Both the position numbers and the translations under genes were made by a program. Below, piece after piece: positions 60,356 to 64,000 of a DNA stretch of 64,000 nucleotides. The stretch comes from an uncultured Nitrososphaeraceae archaeon (lineage in GTDB: Archaea > Thermoproteota > Nitrososphaeria > Nitrososphaerales > Nitrososphaeraceae): assembly GCA_963825865.1 (NCBI GenBank), contig CAWGVG010000026.1, positions 96,001 to 160,000 of the forward strand, read 5' to 3'. How positions within the stretch are numbered: the stretch's first letter is position 1; each line of letters begins with the position of its first letter. The notes beneath the pieces were generated by a model that saw only the letters and a program-made list of their open reading frames with translations, was not told the DNA's origin and ran no database searches.

Positions 60356-60595
60356 CTATTGGGGCCGACCTTTAGGATTAATAACTGAAATAATATAACT
60401 TGCTTCCTTTGCGATACCTAGTTCCTTTTGGGCTTCCCCAGATTCTTTTGGCATTTCCAAAATATATGCTAATTCTGCATGATTTTGGTGTTTTACTATG
60501 GCATACTTGCCTTCACCGACTGGTCTAGCTGCTTCTGTGGGATTCTGTCCCCGCATGTATGGGGGTTCGGTTACTTCACATTCATTCCAGGACAA
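60356..60595 (-). pseudogene. fragment of conserved hypothetical protein
   Basis: ARPVGEGKYAIVKH..HAELAYILEMP...EASYIISVINP. Confidence 0.5.
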
Positions 60596-60669
60596 ATAAT
60601 ATTCAAATTCTCAAGTCATCTTCTTCTCATCATCTGGTCAGAATAGCGATAAAAATAGCCTTAGCGATC

Positions 60670-61673
60670 CTATTTATTTGTGCGCTGGCAAGTAGGACCC
60701 CAGAAAGTAACTCTTGCACTGGATTTATAATCTGTAGTTTCACATATCCCGCACGGCTGTACACCTCTTCTAAATACCCAATACCTATATTTCCATTTAA
60801 TATCTGTCTCGCATATGTCCTTATTCAATGGTCTTGTCCTTCCTGCATTCATATATCCAGTCTTTAGTACGGTTGGAATTTGTTGTAAGAGCGTCTTCTT
60901 TTCTTTTGGTATAAGATCTTTGGAAGTATCAAATGGATATAATTTAGGCAATATTTCTGATTTGTACTTATTACCAATTCCTGCCACAAAAGTTTGATCC
61001 AATAGTAAATCTGCCATCAATGGATCATTGCTTGCAAGCTTATGAGACTTGCTTGTAATTTGATTTAAACGTATGTGAACATTATTAATATCAAAATCAG
61101 ATCTTAGGATCTGGACCTAATCTTACAATAGGTTTAATGTATGCAGGGTTTCCAAAAGAAAATGTAATGATTGGACCATTAAATTGTACTGCTACTTTAT
61201 CTTTTGTAAAGAGGATGAGTCGTACTCTCGAATCATTATGTACGTCAGTAACATTATTATTATTATTATGACTATTATTTTTGTAGTGAATTTTTGTTAT
61301 ATTGATACTCTTACCCTTATTGTTAATAGTACGATTATGATTTAGATCAATACCATTTGCGCTACTACTACTGCTACTTCTTACTATCAATCTCTGTTTA
61401 CGTCGTGGAGGGGGTCTTGCCTTCCCTTCATCAAATTGTTGTCTACTATAGATTCCACATTAGCATAGCCAATATTCCGAAGATATATTCCATTTGAAAA
61501 TACAATAACGATATTTTTACCAAATGTTTCGATCTGTTTTACCTCAGATCCTATGACCTTTTTCCAAAATTCATTATTAATACTACTTATACAATAAACG
61601 TTATCAATTGTCTTTCTAAGAATAGCCTCAGAAATTTATCGGCAGTACGCTTTACTTCTGGGCCTTCAGACAT
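60670..61673 (-). CDS. Fpg/Nei-family DNA glycosylase/AP lyase (frameshifted)
   Basis: N-term MSEGPEV, FGKNI, RLGPD, LLLDQ..VAGIGNKYKSEIL (H2TH), zinc finger CGIC...R.TFWGPTCQ. Confidence 0.82.
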
Positions 61674-61679
61674 TAGCAG

Positions 61680-62619
61680 TCATATTCGCCTTGTTTTCCT
61701 CAGAAGTTCTAATGCTATTAATGCACTCTTCTCTTTATCTTTTATTTCCAGCATTAAATCAAAATCCAGGCCTGCTGTTTCATTCAGGAACCTATTAAAG
61801 AGAATTTGATCAATTGTTGTTGTATGTTTTCCTTTCTTTGTTTTCCTTTTCATACTATAGTAATCAATATCCATAACATTCTGGCTCGCTATAATCGACC
61901 ATAGGTATTCCATCTTTATCTTTTTTCCACGTTGACGTAGCCTTCTTAAGTGCAGAAAACAATGATTTTTCTCTCGGTTTGAGACATTCATGGTGAAAGC
62001 TATCAAAAAGAATTGGAATATCTGTTTTTTGATTAATATAAATGCAATCTGATAGATTATAAAGACGATCATCATTTTCTATGACAAGCCTTCTTTTTAT
62101 ATTATCGTCAAGCAACTCATTATTGTCATTATTATATATTTTTACAAATCTATCTACTGCATCAACTTTATTTCCATATACACCTCCTACATGAATCTGG
62201 ATTTTTGCTGTTTCAGCAAGATTCATGCAATCCAAAACTCTACAATTGTATTTCAATTCATTAATACTACTATGTACTATTTTTTCACTTGGAGAGTTGA
62301 TTACTACAAACTGATCTGGATGCATAGATATTCGTATGCTATGCTTTTTGATATAATCTCCTATTTCTTCAAATTCTGATTGAAAATGCCAGTGCCAGTT
62401 GAATTTACATATTGGATGAGATGCAAAAGGCACAAGGTCAGAGCTAATTCTAAAGAATAAAAGATCGTGATCTACATTATATTTTAAAACTTTAGCAAGA
62501 TGCTTTAGGTTATCCTCAACAGTTTGAATTAGTCTATTTTCTGAATAAAAGGCTAATCTAAATGTTGAAGGAGTATCACGTTCAATACTGGTATTAATGC
62601 AAGGGTATCCTATTTTCAT
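61680..62619 (-). CDS. uvsE: UV damage endonuclease UvsE (frameshift)
   Basis: IGYPCIN, FFRISSDLVPFASHP, SMHPDQFVVINSP, IHVGG, IENDD, FDSFHH, MLEIKDKE. Confidence 0.93.
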
Positions 62620-62676
62620 TGTAATGGGATTACTATCCTAACTCAGAGCTATGTGACATCTCTACACTACTTCCAT

Positions 62677-63373
62677 TTACCAAATCTCTTTTTTGAACCT
62701 TATTGTCCTTGTAGTTGCATACGACATAAAGTTGAGTGGTGTTAAAATTTCAGATACTATATTGTTATCATATACAAGGGCCGGCAAGCCATGTCCTCTG
62801 TTCTTTAGAGCAGCAATGTAATAGTCGATTATGAAATCCTCTGCATAGTCGCAGAGAAGTCCTGTTACTGGTATTCCACCAAGCAATCCAATACTTGTCC
62901 TGCCTAGTGAAAGTATCTGACCCAAACTAGAATAGTTTAGATCTTTCATTTGCTCTCCTTTAACTTTACGGATAATATTTTTTGCCACTAAACGCGCCTG
63001 TCTTACCGCAAATTGAGCAAGTTGGGGTGCTAGCAGTCCATGTGAAAGAGTAAAGGCAGAGATGTACCCTATTGCAAAAATATTTTCAAATCCTTTTATC
63101 CTACTATGATTATCTACAAAAATTCTTCCTGATTTAGTCTTTTCAATTTGCTGGGTGATTTTGATTTCAAGTCCTTTGATACCTGCAGTCCAGTTTATTG
63201 AAAAGATAATTTCCTCCGGCCTTTTTGTACCTGATGCCACAAAATGGATTTGTTGTAATAACTGATGATAAGGATTTTTATCTATGAGTAAAATTTCCAT
63301 ACCTACATGCTTGCATAGGTTGGCTGCTGCCGAATACTCCTGCATAGCCAGCGCCAAGAATTACTATTTTCAT
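62677..63373 (-). pseudogene. NDH-2-like FAD-dependent oxidoreductase with large internal deletion
   Basis: MKIVILGAGYAG start; jumps from IIFSI to WTAG; IFAIG, LAQFAVRQA. Confidence 0.75.
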
Positions 63374-63566
63374 ACCGAGTAAATAAATGTCGATTAGTAT
63401 TTAACAATAATGCCAACATTTAAAGATAGTGCCTAACCAATTTATACAATAGTTTGCTATCGTCATATATCATTACATTTATCACATTTTGGTTCTTCGA
63501 TGTTCTTGACATCATTGTATGAGAGTTAGCACTAAGTATATCAATTGTCACTAGTTTATATATTAA

Positions 63567-63785
63567 ATGAGCCTTTCTAATTCTATGAGTATAAAAAACA
63601 AAATAATCTGGTCATTGGTATTGGCAGCAGAAAGTGTGACTGCAACAGGTGCCATTAGTGGTTGGCCAATAATGGGAGTTGCCAGCGTTATACTTGGAGG
63701 AACAGCTATGACAATGGCGTTGCTAGTCAAACAAAAAGTGGAAAAAATGAAGTTAAGTCCAAAATTAGCCATGGAATTACGGTAG
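63567..63785 (+). CDS. small membrane protein
   Basis: 72-aa ORF with two hydrophobic segments. Confidence 0.5.
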   Translation: MSLSNSMSIKNKIIWSLVLAAESVTATGAISGWPIMGVASVILGGTAMTMALLVKQKVEKMKLSPKLAMELR

Positions 63786-64000
63786 CTTGACCTGATACCA
63801 AATATTTTATTTTTATTTTATTTGAGACAATAAGCGCACTTTTCTTATGATAGTAGCTTTCACGTATATGTATGATGTTTCCGCAAATGAAATATTAAGA
63901 GTTATAGTGCCTAATTAATATTACATAATGCTAACTCTTATAAACAATAATAGTCAAAATTTATTGAAATGTCACAAATCAAATATGATGTAGAAATCAA

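Overview
AT-rich chromosomal segment of an ammonia-oxidising archaeon (Nitrososphaeraceae-like Thaumarchaeota), judged from the rpl7ae-rps28e-rpl24e-ndk-infB operon, archease, hisS, an intron-containing archaeal tRNA and typical thaumarchaeal families. Many genes, including essential infB and hisS, carry single-base frameshifts, so most 'split' genes are probably long-read consensus errors. The left ~28 kb is accessory: an IS5-family element with TIRs and TA flanks, a truncated tyrosine integrase, decayed gene remnants and stress genes. The centre holds egtD/egtB, an SsuA-like binding protein, UDG, HNH, PepF, two PQQ sugar dehydrogenases and a ferredoxin. The right end holds PolX and a uvsE-Fpg/Nei pair. 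The main unexplained signal is a pair of dispersed ~240-nt intergenic elements (32044-32285 and 53168-53402). They share short motifs and an almost identical multi-helix fold with extensive compensatory changes, and each has a TATA-like box upstream, making them a candidate multicopy structured ncRNA family. Also notable are a tRNA-Leu(UAG) with two introns and an 8-nt middle exon, a wHTH/NDP-sugar-dehydrogenase fusion and three zinc-finger micro-ORFs below the ORF-track cut-off.
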